64,000 nucleotides of DNA. Source: Sphagnum compactum. Taxonomy: Eukaryota. Below, piece after piece: positions 1 through 12,889 of the stretch; position 1 is the first letter of the stretch; the number at the start of each line of letters is the position of its first letter. The notes beneath the pieces were generated by a model. It saw nothing but the letters and a program-made list of their open reading frames with translations. It did not search any database and had not been told where the DNA came from. The DNA lies in the NCBI GenBank assembly GCA_965153455.1, contig OZ234493.1, positions 25,968,213-26,032,212 of the forward strand, written 5' to 3'. The translations under genes and the position numbers were made by a program.

Positions 1-132
1 AAAGTACCTGTTAAGGATCATCGGAAGACACAGTCTATTCCCACAGAGCAAGTTCCAAAGCCCCAGAAGTTCAAAATGATCCGACCTCCAGATATTGATG
101 ACATTGAGGCAATGTTGGGAAGAAAGCTTTAG
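1..132 (+). CDS. Probable 3' end of an upstream protein-coding gene (product unknown)
   Basis: Frame 1 is open from base 1 (KVPVKDHRKTQSIPTEQVPKPQKFKMIRPPDIDDIEAMLGRKL) to TAG at 130-132. T-rich, 3'UTR-like sequence follows. Confidence 0.4.
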   Translation, partial: KVPVKDHRKTQSIPTEQVPKPQKFKMIRPPDIDDIEAMLGRKL

Positions 133-2544
133 TCACTGGCTGTGAATACTAGGTTTCTTTAGCATCTGTGGCAATGATTATAGTTTATTAAGTCATGCAC
201 CATTGGGTTTAACTCAGTGGTCTTAGGCTTTAAAGGTGTTGGGATTTCCAGTTCCATCTTCTGTTTGTTCTTGTAGTGTTTCGTGAGCCTAGGTGTCAGA
301 GGAGCTACAACGTTTCTCTTACCTCAGCAAAAGTTTTGCATATGAGTCATAGATGATTGTTTAATCTACAGAATATGTGTGACTAAGTGAGGAAAATAAT
401 ACTGTTATATTGACATTGTGCAGAATGCAACAATCAAAAACCAGAGTCTCATGATTCTAGCTCAAATGCTGTTTGTTGTATTCTTGTGATGGACTGACTG
501 CTTTTAGTACTCAAGGTTGTGAGAAATACGATCAGTAGAGGTCTGTGAAAAGGGGCCACCACAACTCTGAGACTTTGGGGAGCACTTCAGATGGCCGAAT
601 ACCTGTAAGTTGCGTGTTTAGCACAATATCACTTGTTGACATCACCTCCTTTGTTGTTTGTTGACAATGTAATAGAGTTAGCAGTTCACCCTCTCTTTGG
701 GCCTCCTTTCACCCCCATCCCCGCTTTCAGTGATAACCGCAAACAAAAGACATTTTATTAAATCTCAGTACTAAACTCCGCATTTAAATGCACCAGGTTC
801 CGGACTAATCATAGTAATTATAGTTAGGAGCAGTGAAAATATATGTAGCAGCAATGGAGGCGCTCAGGAAAAAGGAAAGACAGGATGAAACTCAGTTTAC
901 CACCAAAATTGATGGTTTGCTGAGTTTATGTAGGGTAGCTCCCCAGGAGCAGGGTGTTCCAGAAATAAGCACTCGCTCCAAGCAGAGGCAAGGGGCACTT
1001 CCTTCAGGAATGCCCAGCTCCAAGGGATTATTTCCTTACATAAAGCATAGACACTTTGTTTTTTTTTGTATTTTCAAGTCATTCCTCAACTTGAATCTGT
1101 CACGTTTGACTTTCTTTCACTTATCTCAGACTTATTTGAGATTTATTTTTATTTTATTGAATTTTTTGAAATCTGAAAGGTTCAATAGGTCCTGTATCGA
1201 ACCTTTCGGATTTTAAAAGATCCAGTTTTATGATTACTCATTTCAAAAAACAAAAAAAAAAAAAAATACCACTGTTTTATGCAGGGGAAGGTCCCCTTAT
1301 GAGGGCCTTCCAAATTTTTGACCTCCCAAGGCCAATAATCTCAAATCCGGAAGGCCCCATAGGGGGACCTTCTCCCATACACGTTGGTTCCTTGAGCGAG
1401 GGAATTGGATGGGAGCAAGGAGTCCTGAAGTAGGGGAACCCACCTGACCCAAAACTTCTTCTATTTGCATAAAGATCAGGTAGAATTCCCCTGTACCCAA
1501 CTTCATCCTTCCAGATTTCTTTAAAGCTTTCTGGCACTTCATATTTGCAGCTGCATTATTTCTAGGTAGGCTAGCACTTCATGTCTTTTCGTTTGGTGTA
1601 TTTCTTGCTAGCTGTCTTGTTCACTTTAGAGCACAGATCAACAACACCCCCACCACCATTGACCTGATCATATCATGGGGTAGTGTACAGTTATGAGGGC
1701 CTTTCTACCTACCTACATTAAACAATCACAAGCAATAAATGAAATCTGAAACGTTGGGACTTCTGCCCAATAACTGCAAACCTCAAAACCTGTTCTAGAG
1801 CTAAGCAGGTTTCCTACCAGACCCACTGCATAGTATGTAACCAGTTTGGGTGTCCCATTCAGACACAGTCATCTGCTGGTTCCACTTTTGGTGGGGTCAG
1901 TTTCACTTGTAATGTGAATCCATGGTTGAGAACACATTGAGATGTGAATGAATGGTGGGGGAAACCCATTCCACTCTGCACAAGGAGACTTTGGTAAGAC
2001 CCATTACCACTGAATGGAACAGCAGCTCATGCTACTAGGTTTGTTGTGTTCTTAGCCATACCAGGCCCAGTTACATGTAACAGGTTGTGGTGTCCCATTC
2101 TTTCAGTTCTTTCATTCATTTTGTAATGTGGGACAGGCAGCCACCTGTTGACTTAAATGGTGAGGGATAAGATGTCATTTCATTGGTTGGTAATGGGTTC
2201 TACCAGCTACTGTTCCAAAGCACAACTGGTCTTCCCCATCTATGGGGAAAACCAGTTATGCTCTGCTGGTAGAACCAACCACCATAATGACATCTCATCC
2301 TACCAGCCTTGCCCCTAATGGCCTCCCCATGTGCGTAGATTGAACAGACCCTACCATAGTATGTAAACAATTTGGAAAAAACATTCATCTCTTATTTTAG
2401 TGTGTTTATAAGTGTGAACCAGGTGGGGTTAGGTTTACAGACGTGTAACCCACTTCCCAGCCTAGCAAAGGGGCTTACATCTCATCCATCTTTTCACTCC
2501 AGCACAGGAGTTTCTTTCAAAATTCTTTACACTGGGTAAGGCAC

Positions 2545-3236
2545 TGTGACATGCCCTTTGGCTTGGGTTAACCCAAGCCTGGTGGGCATTGCACCAAGAC
2601 TACCATGGTGGTGTGGGAGGTTTAGGTCAAAGTGATGGCTATGGGGTTCGACTCCTCAAGCCACCAAACACCACTCAAGCAATAAGGGCTTGAGAGGTCG
2701 ATGTAAATAAGCGAAGGCTTATTCAAGCCAAGGGGACAACTAGGGGTTGTGTCCAGGAGTGTGGCATCTGGGGTGCCGTTTCACTGAAACCCTCACTAGA
2801 CAATCAAGGGTTGTCTAGGGATGACGCTGGGTATTGCCTCGCTAAAACCCTTGAGACAATCAGAGGTTGTGTCATGACAACATTAGGTGTCATTGCATTA
2901 AAGACTTTGTTTTCCAATTTAACTTTTCTTGACAATGCAACCTAAGTGTTGGCCTTCGAAAAGAGTTTCAAGAATGAGAAGGCATTTCCAAGGCAACTCC
3001 AAATTAGACTAAATTGTAGTCTCGATAGCAAGTCTAAGTCTTTAATCAAGTCCATTCCAAAAAGCCAGAGCCTAAGACTAACCAAGCATGTTATAAGATG
3101 TGAACGTAATTAAGAGTTAAGGAAACAAGCAATGTGAAAAATTCATCACTCCGCATGGAGAACAAAAGGACATTGCACTCTATCCTTGAGGGCTTCACAG
3201 GTTTTCACCCTTGTGACCTCGAGCTACTCGTTCACA
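2545..3236. mobile_element. Possible solo LTR
   Basis: The segment is bounded by TGTGA...TCACA and starts TGTGACATGCCC, similar to the LTR-like terminus at 32664/34178. The flanks (GGCAC / AAGGG) give no TSD. Confidence 0.3.
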
Positions 3237-4985
3237 AAGGGGGGGCTCAGGGGGGGCTCAAAGGCAATCCCTTACCCTACACGTAACTCTCCAAGACCTC
3301 CACTAAGTATGGACTCAAAATTGGATCTAGAGCCAAGTAAGGGATGTATACTGGTTATTTAGAATCCACTGAACTCATTAATCGTCCACAAATCATTCAA
3401 GCTTATTAATCTTATTCACTGCAAAAGTAAAAGGCTAAGAGCATCTCCAGCGGTGCTGAGGGAGTGACCCTGCAAAAATATCTCTCACAATCAAGTTTAG
3501 TTATAGAATGAAAACCACTAATAGGTGGAAGACCACTAATCGCAAACTACCTTGACCAATATATATGATTGGCAAATGATAAACAGGGAGCCAAATCATA
3601 TCATATTTACTACACTCTTTCTCTAGCAGGTGTGAGACTTTGCTGCTGGGCGTTTTACCAGCCTCAACAAACTGTGCAAAACCTGCCAAAACGATTTTGC
3701 TGAGCCAAACTGGCATTTCTTAACTTTTCTTCATCCAATGCTAATTTGGAGAGTCACATTCTGAGCATCAGTGGAGTTGCTCCTGACATGTCTCTATAAC
3801 TTACTGTCCACTTTTTTATCACCCACAAAGAAATTGTCTTGGTTGATTGTTTTCCCCACTTAAAGTGCTAGCCAGCGCCTCCTCTCCCCCTTTCAAAATT
3901 CAAACGCCAGAAAAATCCTGTAAAAGAAAAGTGAGCATGTTCTCAAGCTGCCTATTTGGATGAGATATGCTGGAACAGGCCCTGGTAGAACCAGTTACGA
4001 CAGGACAGAATTGCATCTCACGCCACCAGACTGTTTTGTTCCTACGTGGAACAGGATGCATGTTATCACACTGATGCAACCGTCTCCTAAGTGGAACAGG
4101 CCCTACTGGGCTTGTTCCATATAGTATGAAACCAGTTGGAGTGTCCTATTCAGGCACTTTCCCAGCCTTTTTCTGAGTCAGGACAGGCAGCCACAATGAA
4201 CCAGCACCCACCAGGCCACCATCCACTGGATGCCTGTTATTACTCAGTTGTGGATGAACCTCAACCGAGTTAGTACATGGTTTCATCTTGATACGAAATA
4301 GGTCTCTTATCTAGGTAGATAGGTAGGAAAATAGATAATTACTAGGTAAGTAGATGGTGTATACAAAGGTTTTTAAGCACTGGTTTTACTACCTACCTAC
4401 TAACAACCTGCTTGTCGGTCTTTTAGTAGGTAGGTTGTTAAAAGAAAGCAACTGAGCTAACTGCCATGGTTAGCTAATGAACTGAAACCCAACAGAGAAC
4501 CGTTTCCTGATCACTTATCATTCATCTTTCATGGTGCGCTGGTGGGGTGCTGGTTCACTGTGGCCCTGGAGGAACCTGTTAGCACGAAACCAAAAAAAAA
4601 AACAGCAGCTCTCATACTGGACTTGCTGCATTCCAGTAAAAAATGTAAAATCTTAACATTTTTGACTCTCCTTGCTGGGTGGGTGGGCCCATTCAAAAGA
4701 TCAAAAACAGATCTCCCAAATGAATGCCTCACATCCATTTGTTTTTCTCCAGTAAACCCTGCCCCACAAGGAAAAACCAGAAATTCAAATTAAAATCATC
4801 CATTTTTACACCACGTAAATGCCTACACCCACAGGCATTACCAGAATTGGGCCCACCTTGACTCTGCCTTGCACAGGCCCTTATTCCAGTCACGCCCACA
4901 GCCTCAGGCCTTATCCTACACATAAAAACTTGACAGAGTTTATTAATGCATTTTGATTCACCTTGTCAAGCGTAATGGGTTCAAC

Positions 4986-5146
4986 CACTATTAGAAAAAT
5001 CTCATCTTGCGACTTGTTTTAGGTGACTAAAAATGTCATTTATTATTATTTTTGAATATCTAAAACAAGTCATGTATTCAAATTAGTCATAAATAATATT
5101 TTTAATCACTTAAAACAAGTCACAAAATGAGGTTTTTTTACTAGTG
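4986..5146. mobile_element. CACTA-type MITE, 161 bp
   Basis: It has ~50-bp imperfect TIRs: CACTATTAGAAAAATCTCATCTTGCGACTTGTTTTAGGTGA versus the reverse complement of the right end, CACTAGTAAAAAAACCTCATTTTGTGACTTGTTTTAAGTGA. Flanks AAC/AAA give a 3-bp TSD with one mismatch. Confidence 0.7.
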
Positions 5147-6195
5147 AAAAAATGATGGGGGAACCTTACACCTATGCATAATGTGAATACGACATATACG
5201 ACTATACATGTACGTACATAGCCCCCAAAGCTACAATTGCTGAATACGTTGCCTCGCAATTGTACGTACATACACGGACGAGAGCCAGCGGGCGACGCTG
5301 GAGCTGCCGCTGTGAGAGAATGCGAAAGGAGTGGGGATCGTGCTCTTTGGAGATCGTTCTCTCTTCTACTTTCGCTCGCTAGATCTCTTCTGACTTCTGC
5401 TTTCTGAATCTTGTCTCTTTGATTTTTTTCTGTCTTTCCTTTGGGTTTTTCATTTTCGAGATTGGGTGAAGAAGGATGACCGTTTGGTGAATCAGCTCCT
5501 CTTGGGCTTTCTTTGTGGGTGGGCTGCATTCTGTTTTCGTTTTTTTTTTTCTTTTGAATCTGTTCGGTTGTCTCTCTGTTTTTTTCTTTCGTGGACTCGA
5601 GGAGTGCGCTAGATTTCTTTTATTTCCCTTCCAAGCGTCTTTGCTCTGCGATCGTTGGAAAGGTGTTGAAAGGTGAGAGCTGCTCCTGAAGCTTCTTGTT
5701 GTTCCTGTTGGTGGTGTGCGTGATTTGAGGGCCGGACGCAGATTTGGGTATTTTATTTCCTTCGGTTCGGGAATTCTTTGGCCTTCTCACAGTTGATCGG
5801 CTGGAGTTCCTGTTGTTAGCTCAGATGCAGAAGAAGAATTCGAGTGATGTTTTCTGGCACTTTTGTTTCACGTTTCTAGTTGTTGCTGAGATGCCGCACC
5901 TGCGGTTCTACCGTCGCTTCTGTTTTCCCTCTAGGATTCGTCGCGTCCTGCGGTTGTCGTCGAGTCTCTCATGGGGAAGTGTAAAAAGGAAATTACTGGA
6001 GTGCAATCGCAGCAGCTCTTTGAACGAATTTCCTTTTCCTCTCTTTCTATGACGACTGAATCAAATCTTTTCTTGTGGTGATTGCAAACCAGGCTGTGGA
6101 TACTCACGTTTGTGACCTTCTTAGTGCATGAACAGAAGAAGCTTGCAAACAGACGAATCTCTGAGACAAAAGAGACAGGACCGAGAGAAAAAACA

Positions 6196-8632
6196 ATGGG
6201 TTCCGGGACGACCACCACCACTCCCTACGCCACTCTCAGCGATTTGCCGAGGTTCGAGAAACGAGGCCACGCCACATCCGCCCCCTGGATGAAGGAACAA
6301 GCTACTCCCCACAATAGCCGAGGTTCCAACCACGAGCCTTACGTCCCCTCTAACTCGCAAACTGCTCCTTTTGCTACGTTCCACAACCAACCTCTTCCTC
6401 GTCAGGTCTGGATCCTTCTCTGGAAACCCCTCTCTCTAGAGAACTCTTTTACTTGGACCTTTTTGTGAAGCTTCTTGATGGGGTTTGATGCTGCTATTGC
6501 TGCTCAGTAGTGGGAGGGAGTCTTAGCTGTAGTAGTTCAACATGCAATTCTTTCACTGTTTCTTCAGGATGTTTTGTGGAAGATAATGCATCTCATGAGG
6601 ATTGCATCATTGCCCACATACATGCTAACCAGTTTCAAATACACAGTGCAAACCCACATCCTAGATTCATCATGCACATGTGATAGATACATCGTTCAGG
6701 GATTGGATGCAAGAACACAGATCAGGGGACACAGGGGGACTTCTATCCTCTGAAACCACACAAACTTTGCAACCTATGAAATCATTGCACAAGTCAAAGA
6801 GCAGTGTGTAATTTGATATGGACAATTGTGCACATAGTTTATGCTGCTGACATGATGGCAATCATGTAGCTCAACTGACCTAATTTTGCATTTGGAAGCA
6901 GAATTTAGGATTGAGGGTTGAGAATGCTGCTGCTGCTGCTGCTGGATGATTCATATGTTGCTTGAAATCTGTGATATGCTTGGCATTTCCCTCTAGTTTT
7001 CTGAGTCTTTTGACCAAGATGGAAGAGAAGCAGCAGTCAAGAAATAGGGATTGGTATTTTTCAAAATGCCAGGTTTATCATTTGGTGGGTTCAGTGCCAT
7101 CCTCGGATGAAGTAAAATTGTCCTGAACATGTTTCATTGTCACCTTCTCATACTGACATACGGAACTTTTGATAACTGTATCATCCAGAAGAAGCTTAGA
7201 TGCCTCCTAGGACAGTATTGCCCTCATCTCTCCCCCAGCATGGAATTGTGAATGGGTGTGTTGACAACCTACTTGTAGGCTTGAATCTGTAAGAATCTGA
7301 GAGTTAAGGTCCCTTGTCCTGGAAGAAGAATTTTGAGCTCCTAAACCCATTTCTTTTCTACTTGTTCTAGCTTCCATGCCTGTTGTTGATTCAACATTTT
7401 ATAGGCATCTTTGGAGTTTTTTGGACACCTGTGTTATTTGGTAACAAAGGTGGTGTTTGTATAATGCTTTCATGGTTTTGATGCGAGGTGTAAAACTGAA
7501 TATTGAAGTTTGAAGTTTGACATAGGCTCTTGCAGCAACAGCCAGTTCCTGAATCGGAGGACCCTGAACTGGACTGTCAATCTGTGGGGGTGCTGAAGGG
7601 AGCAATTATGGGGATTTGGTTTTTGACAGGAAAATAAGCCAAAAGTGCAGCAAGCACCCTGGGATCGTGGTGAACCACATCCTAGCAAGGTGCAACCCCA
7701 TAACGTTGATTTCTTTCCTATGCATGTTTTCTCTCATTGCAGTGGGTAATTTTCTTTCTATGAGGCATCAACCAACACGTTCACCTCTCATGCACCACAC
7801 TCCATTTTCTTGTATATTTTCTACAAGGGTTACCTGAACTCAACTTATAGAATGATAGTTTTTCTGTGTACCTTATAGTTTCAGATTTTGCAGCCAAATC
7901 TCACCTATCATGTCCTCAGAGTGAATGCATAGTTCCTTCCTAAAGGCATGAGAAGCAGTATTTATCTGTCCAAAGCCAGTCAATGACAAGATACCTGATG
8001 GTGCTCTTTACAGTAACCTTGTTGTGGTGGTTGTGCCATCTCTCCTCTTTTGTTTGATGTATGTGCCAGTACTGCAGTTAAGTAATTGCAGGTGTATAAT
8101 CCTGACTAGATGAGCTAGGCATCTGGTGTTCCTTCTTTATCCATCATAATATGGGGGTTGCATCTAGTACTACTACCTGTATTATTTGCATGTTATGCTC
8201 CAAATGCAGCTGATAATTTCACACTGAGAGAAGTACTCACTTATGGGCTGACTTGTGCACATAGGTGCCTATTCATCAGATTCCCAGTCCTGCTCCATTT
8301 GCGACTGAGCCAAGAAATTCTTCACACAATGGTCTGTGCCAAATCCTCTAATTTGATACCTATGCATGTATGTATACAAGTAAGTTTCTATATGATAGAG
8401 TAGTTGCATTCACATATGGTAAAATTTCACCAGATATACTGAAATAAAAATGGCTCTCTGACACAAGGCATTAACCTTTTCAACATCTTCCAGTGTCAGA
8501 ATAAACACACGATAATATGTTGGTGCATTACAGGAAGTGGCACTCTGCATCTTTCTTAGAGAAAGGAATTGTCATCTTGAGCAAATCAGTTTATCTGCCC
8601 AATGATTTTTATGATTGCTCGCAGGCAAATGA
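6196..8632 (+). CDS. Small (114 aa) low-complexity protein with repeated P[YF]AT and APW motifs; 4 coding exons
   Basis: Exons 6196-6405, 7630-7689, 8265-8331 and 8625-8632 have GT-AG borders and consistent phase (345 nt). The protein is MGSGTTTTTPYATLSDLPRFEKRGHATSAPWMKEQ...QTAPFATFHNQPLPRQ|ENKPKVQQAPWDRGEPHPSK|VPIHQIPSPAPFATEPRNSSHN|GK*. Recurrence of the motifs across exons supports the model. A CT-rich 5'UTR-like region lies at ~5350-5670. Confidence 0.7.
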
Positions 8633-9334
8633 TGGCAGGGAGATGGAAGTTGGAACTGGATATGAAGTTGGTACTACTTCAGTGATTGCAATTTCTGCCT
8701 ACCCTCCCCCAACAGAGACTGGCCTCAAACTTTTTGGTCAGAATTTGACATGGATCATGCCCCTGCACTTATGATTCACAAATTTTTATCAAATATTCCC
8801 ATGTGTATGTAACAGTATCTTCCTAGAACAAAGTACAATCATAAAATCTCATGTAAAGATATAGTTTGCAAGGAGGCATAGGTTTTTTCATACTACATTT
8901 TATGTGAAAATGAATCGTCAGCTTTTCTCACTGAAGTGGTCTTTACATCAGTACAAAGTTGTGAAGTGTTTTTAAATTAGCATTGGTGGTTATTATTGCT
9001 ACATGTTCACTTTTCAAGTAAAGGAATTCTGTGCACATGCATTGTATACTCAATTGTCCACAATTGTTTAAATATGGGCTGATTAGCTTACTGGATATTT
9101 ATTCTTCACACATTCCATTCAACCTAAAAACCTGTGAGATTTTATTTAGGTGTGTTTGGAAGTACAATTACAAAATGTAAAATCTTGTGGGGCATTTTGG
9201 AAAATGGAATGCCTGTGGGTGTTCCAGTTTCTGAAATGCCCCCATTGGTTTGCTACAGGGTATTACGGAAAAAAGATTAAAACATAATAAATCAAATCAA
9301 TTTTCACACTCGGTAATGCCCTTGGGGGCGGAGT

Positions 9335-9415
9335 GGAGTTCAGGGAGTAAGCACCCACCTGAGGTGGAACCACCCCTCAGCTCCACCTGGGGTGGGTGCT
9401 TACTTCCAGAACTCC
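9335..9415. repeat. Long inverted repeat (34-bp arms, 13-nt loop), probably inside a MITE
   Basis: GGAGTTCAGGGAGTAAGCACCCACCTGAGGTGGA (9335-9368) pairs with 9382-9415 with 4 mismatches. A Tourist-like terminus GGTGTGTTTGG lies at ~9149. Confidence 0.8.
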
Positions 9416-9897
9416 CCACTCCTCTGATGGTACTGTACACACAAGGAGTTTGAACTGCATCCATTTCAGAACCCTTCATAAACAGATTGTAGATGTGTCA
9501 CATTCAGACCCCAAAAACAGACTTCTTGAGAAATGGTTTTGGTGAATTTCACCTCACCCTCTTAATCAGGTATTGGTACACAACAAACTTATATGACCCC
9601 ATTCAAACAGAGAACATTTGAAGTATTCAAACAGGAAGGCTTCCATTTATGTAAGTTGTGTTTGTTGCAACGAGAAACAGCAACTTTCTAATACATGCAC
9701 AATAGTTACATTATACAAGAGCTCTAGCTTTCTCAGTAAGGAGAGTTCTCAATAAGAGGAGAAACAGGCAGTTTTAGATAATGGATTTTTCCTGATGCTA
9801 ACTGAGATGGAACAAACCAAAATCCATAGGAAAAGCACATTATATTTAACTGTAATAAGAGGAGGAGAAACCACACCTTCTCACTCCTGGCATATAC

Positions 9898-11013
9898 TTA
9901 GCCATAACAACGAATGGGGTCGGTGCACATTTTAGCAGCCGACTGCCCTTTTCCTCGTCCACCACCCTTCTCAAGATACTGCTGGTGATATTCTTCAGCC
10001 ATGTAGAATGGGCCAGCTGGTAAAATTTCTGTTGCAATCTTCGTTCCAAGATGTGCCTCGTAATCTTTCATTGATGCAATTGCCTCCTCCTTCTGCTCCG
10101 GTGTATGGTAGTAAATTCCGGATCGGTATTGGGATCCAACATCATTTCCCTGTACATTGCAATTACGTCAGCACCTGTCAGAAACTTAGCCAAGCAATTC
10201 AGTTCATGAAACACATGTACAGGAAAAGCTGAAGGAGAAAAGCAGTTTTTGCAAGCAAATCGTTCAAAGACGGCAGGAACAAAATACATTTGCATTCATT
10301 GAATAGGATCTCAGACATTGAAAGACATGACTGCAGCTTTAGAAGACATGAAGGAAAACACAATGACTTACTTGGCGATTAACCTGAGTAGGATCGTGTT
10401 TCTTCCAGAAAACGTCGAGCAGTTGTTTGTAAGAGACCTCCGCGGGGTCATATTCAAGTTGTACAGCTTCTGCATGCCCTGTTTTGCCGGTGCACACTTC
10501 GCGGTATGTTGGATCCACAGTCTTGCCCATTGTATAACCGACTGCTGTCTGCACACACCGGAAGCACAATGTCACGATCAGAAACCCCGCTTATTTCTAG
10601 CTCGTAACACGCCATCACTGTAAAAACTTCTCGAGTACGATCACAAACATCGAGGATCTATTGAAACTAAAAAAACATCATTATGGAATGGTTGCCACGA
10701 GAGCATATGGATAGGACTTCTACATTTACGAACAGCAGAACGAGGATCTGTTGAGCTATTACTCAACGAGAAGCTTTGGAATCTTCACGACGAAGCTCAA
10801 AAGTTCGTCCCGAAAGCAAATAGAAACAAAGCAAAACAAGAAAAAAAAACTGCGGCAGCTTCAAACTCGAAAGCTGAACAGAATTTCCCTGAAAAAGTAG
10901 AGAAGAGACTGGGGGGGGGGGATCAAAACCTTGGTGACACCAGGAACACGCTGGTACGCCAATTCCACGCTCCAGAAACACCCGGCCGCAAATGTCGCCT
11001 TCTGCGTCGTCAT
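9898..11013 (-). CDS. MSRA: Peptide methionine sulfoxide reductase A, cytosolic type (170 aa, 3 exons)
   Basis: Exons 11013-10930, 10548-10372 and 10149-9898 are GT-AG, phase 0. Motifs are [50 protein letters not shown] and the plant-type C-terminus CTDPIRCYG*. No transit peptide is present. Confidence 0.97.
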
Positions 11014-12889
11014 TGCCCTTCTAAAATTTCCTCTCCAAAAAAAGTCCTAGAACTCCCTTCTTCGCAGGAACACTCCTCTCTAAACAGAAAAAAACTTTCC
11101 ACGAGTCTCCCGTAATCCTCCAAAAACCGCAATTTCAAAAAAAAGGATTCGACGGCAAAAATCTCACACGCAACAGCTTGTTTCTTCACCAGCCGAAAAG
11201 AGAGAGAGAAAGAAAGAAAGAAAGAAAGAAATCGCTCAAAAGCAGATAAACTCGAATTGCAAGCACCTGAAATGAATACAAATTGCAGAAGCGGACGAGA
11301 ATATATACGCAAGCGCGAGAGGGGATAAAGAGAAGAATCCAGAAAGGAAGAAGGAGCCCAAGAAAGGCACGCAAGAGCGAGAGAGAGAGAGAGAAGAGAA
11401 AAACAAGCTTCCAAAATAGCAGCCCGAAGAACCCCGCGCGGGTCGTCTTGGCGACAAGCGGCAAGACGACGACGGACGGGGAAAGAAATCAGCCTTTTCC
11501 TTACCGGCGAAATTGTTTTGCCAAAATACAAAGTCAAAAATCAGAATGCGGAAATGAAACTGATTTTCGGGATTTAAATGGCCAGAACTCAAAAAATAAT
11601 AATAATAATAGTTGCCAGATTTCTGTTCATTGTCCAAGTAGGTAGCCAAAAGTATAGACGGATGTTTTAACTTTATTTTTTCTACTTTCATATCTGTTTG
11701 TTTATAGCTAAATTTGGCTGAATCTTCTTCATGTAGACGATCGCCAGTTAGGCTATAACACAAAATTGATATTAGAAAATACAGAAAGAAATGACGCAAA
11801 AGAAGGAAATACGGTACGTACTCCGCGGGTACGAAGGAACCTCGTCAGTCAACACGCTAAACTATCTCCGTCTTTTCTGTTCACACTTGGAATTTTCACC
11901 ACTCTGTCCTTTTTCAATGGGTTGCTTGCTTTTGATTGGGTGCCCTGTAAAGACACGAGGAAGAACGTGGCATTGACTAGTTTGAGATCCCAAAGCAACA
12001 AGCGCCGCCTTGGGACCTCAAAATCATTATGCATCATGCACCCCTCCCTCCGCCTTTCCATGGAGTAAGGCCTAATTTGAGGTCTCAATGCTTGATCCTT
12101 CACATGTCTTGGGACCTCAATGAAGGATCTCCCCCAGCAGAAGAACCCTAGAGCATTATGCCTGGGGAGCTCCCTCAATTTTATATGTTCCCACGTTCCC
12201 ATGGAAATATTTATTTTCTATAAACTGAGAAAGAAGGGAGGAAACAAGCGGTTCTGCCACGAGAGGCCTTGTCCTTGAAAACAAGGCATTACATTTAATG
12301 TTCTACTATGAACTCAAGTTATATTGGATGAAGGTTTGTTGGCTTTATAGAAGATCATAAATTTATTTTTTCACATTTGTACTAAAAAGTAAAGTTTTCT
12401 AATCATCTTAGAATTCATTGTGCATATTTAAAAATTGAAACCATAGTTCCATTGTCTTTTCTTTAAACATACAAATGAATATAGAGTTGTAAATAATTAT
12501 ATTGTTTAAGAAAATCCAAGTTTTTCAAACTTGGATATTGTACATAATTTTTGGCAATGTGCATGAGGTATTTCAATGTTCAAAACAAATATCAATATTG
12601 AATGGATATAATTTACATGGAAAGATTTTTATTTTTAATCTCATTTTCATTTTGAGGTTTGAGATTTGGCAATTCTTATATTTGTTTTTGTCACATTTTG
12701 GGTTTAGGTTTTCCATGAAAGGTGTTTTGTTATGATGTTTGATGGGTGTACATGTGGATAAAAAATAGTTCAATTTTGTTTTGTCTTGCTTTTTATATTT
12801 ATGATTTATTTTTGCGCATGGTCCATGGAAAAAAATGTAAATAAGCAAATTCAAGCCAAAGGTGCCAACATTTTGAGAGTAATTAATTA

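Noticed and set aside
930-1445. Coding ORFs 833-1216 and 1230-1542
   Set aside because: No motifs were found. The region shows weak inverted symmetry more consistent with an old MITE, too degenerate to call.
2605-2665. tRNA gene (GGGGTTCGACTCC B-box)
   Set aside because: There is no convincing cloverleaf or A box at proper spacing, and it lies inside the putative solo LTR.
7530-7630. In-frame TGA codons as possible selenocysteine or readthrough
   Set aside because: This is intronic sequence upstream of the acceptor at 7629. The spliced model needs no readthrough.
11010-11799. Long ORFs (175, 187 and 120 aa) upstream of MSRA
   Set aside because: They are low-complexity translations of CT/GA-rich 5'UTR, intron and promoter sequence with no domain motifs.
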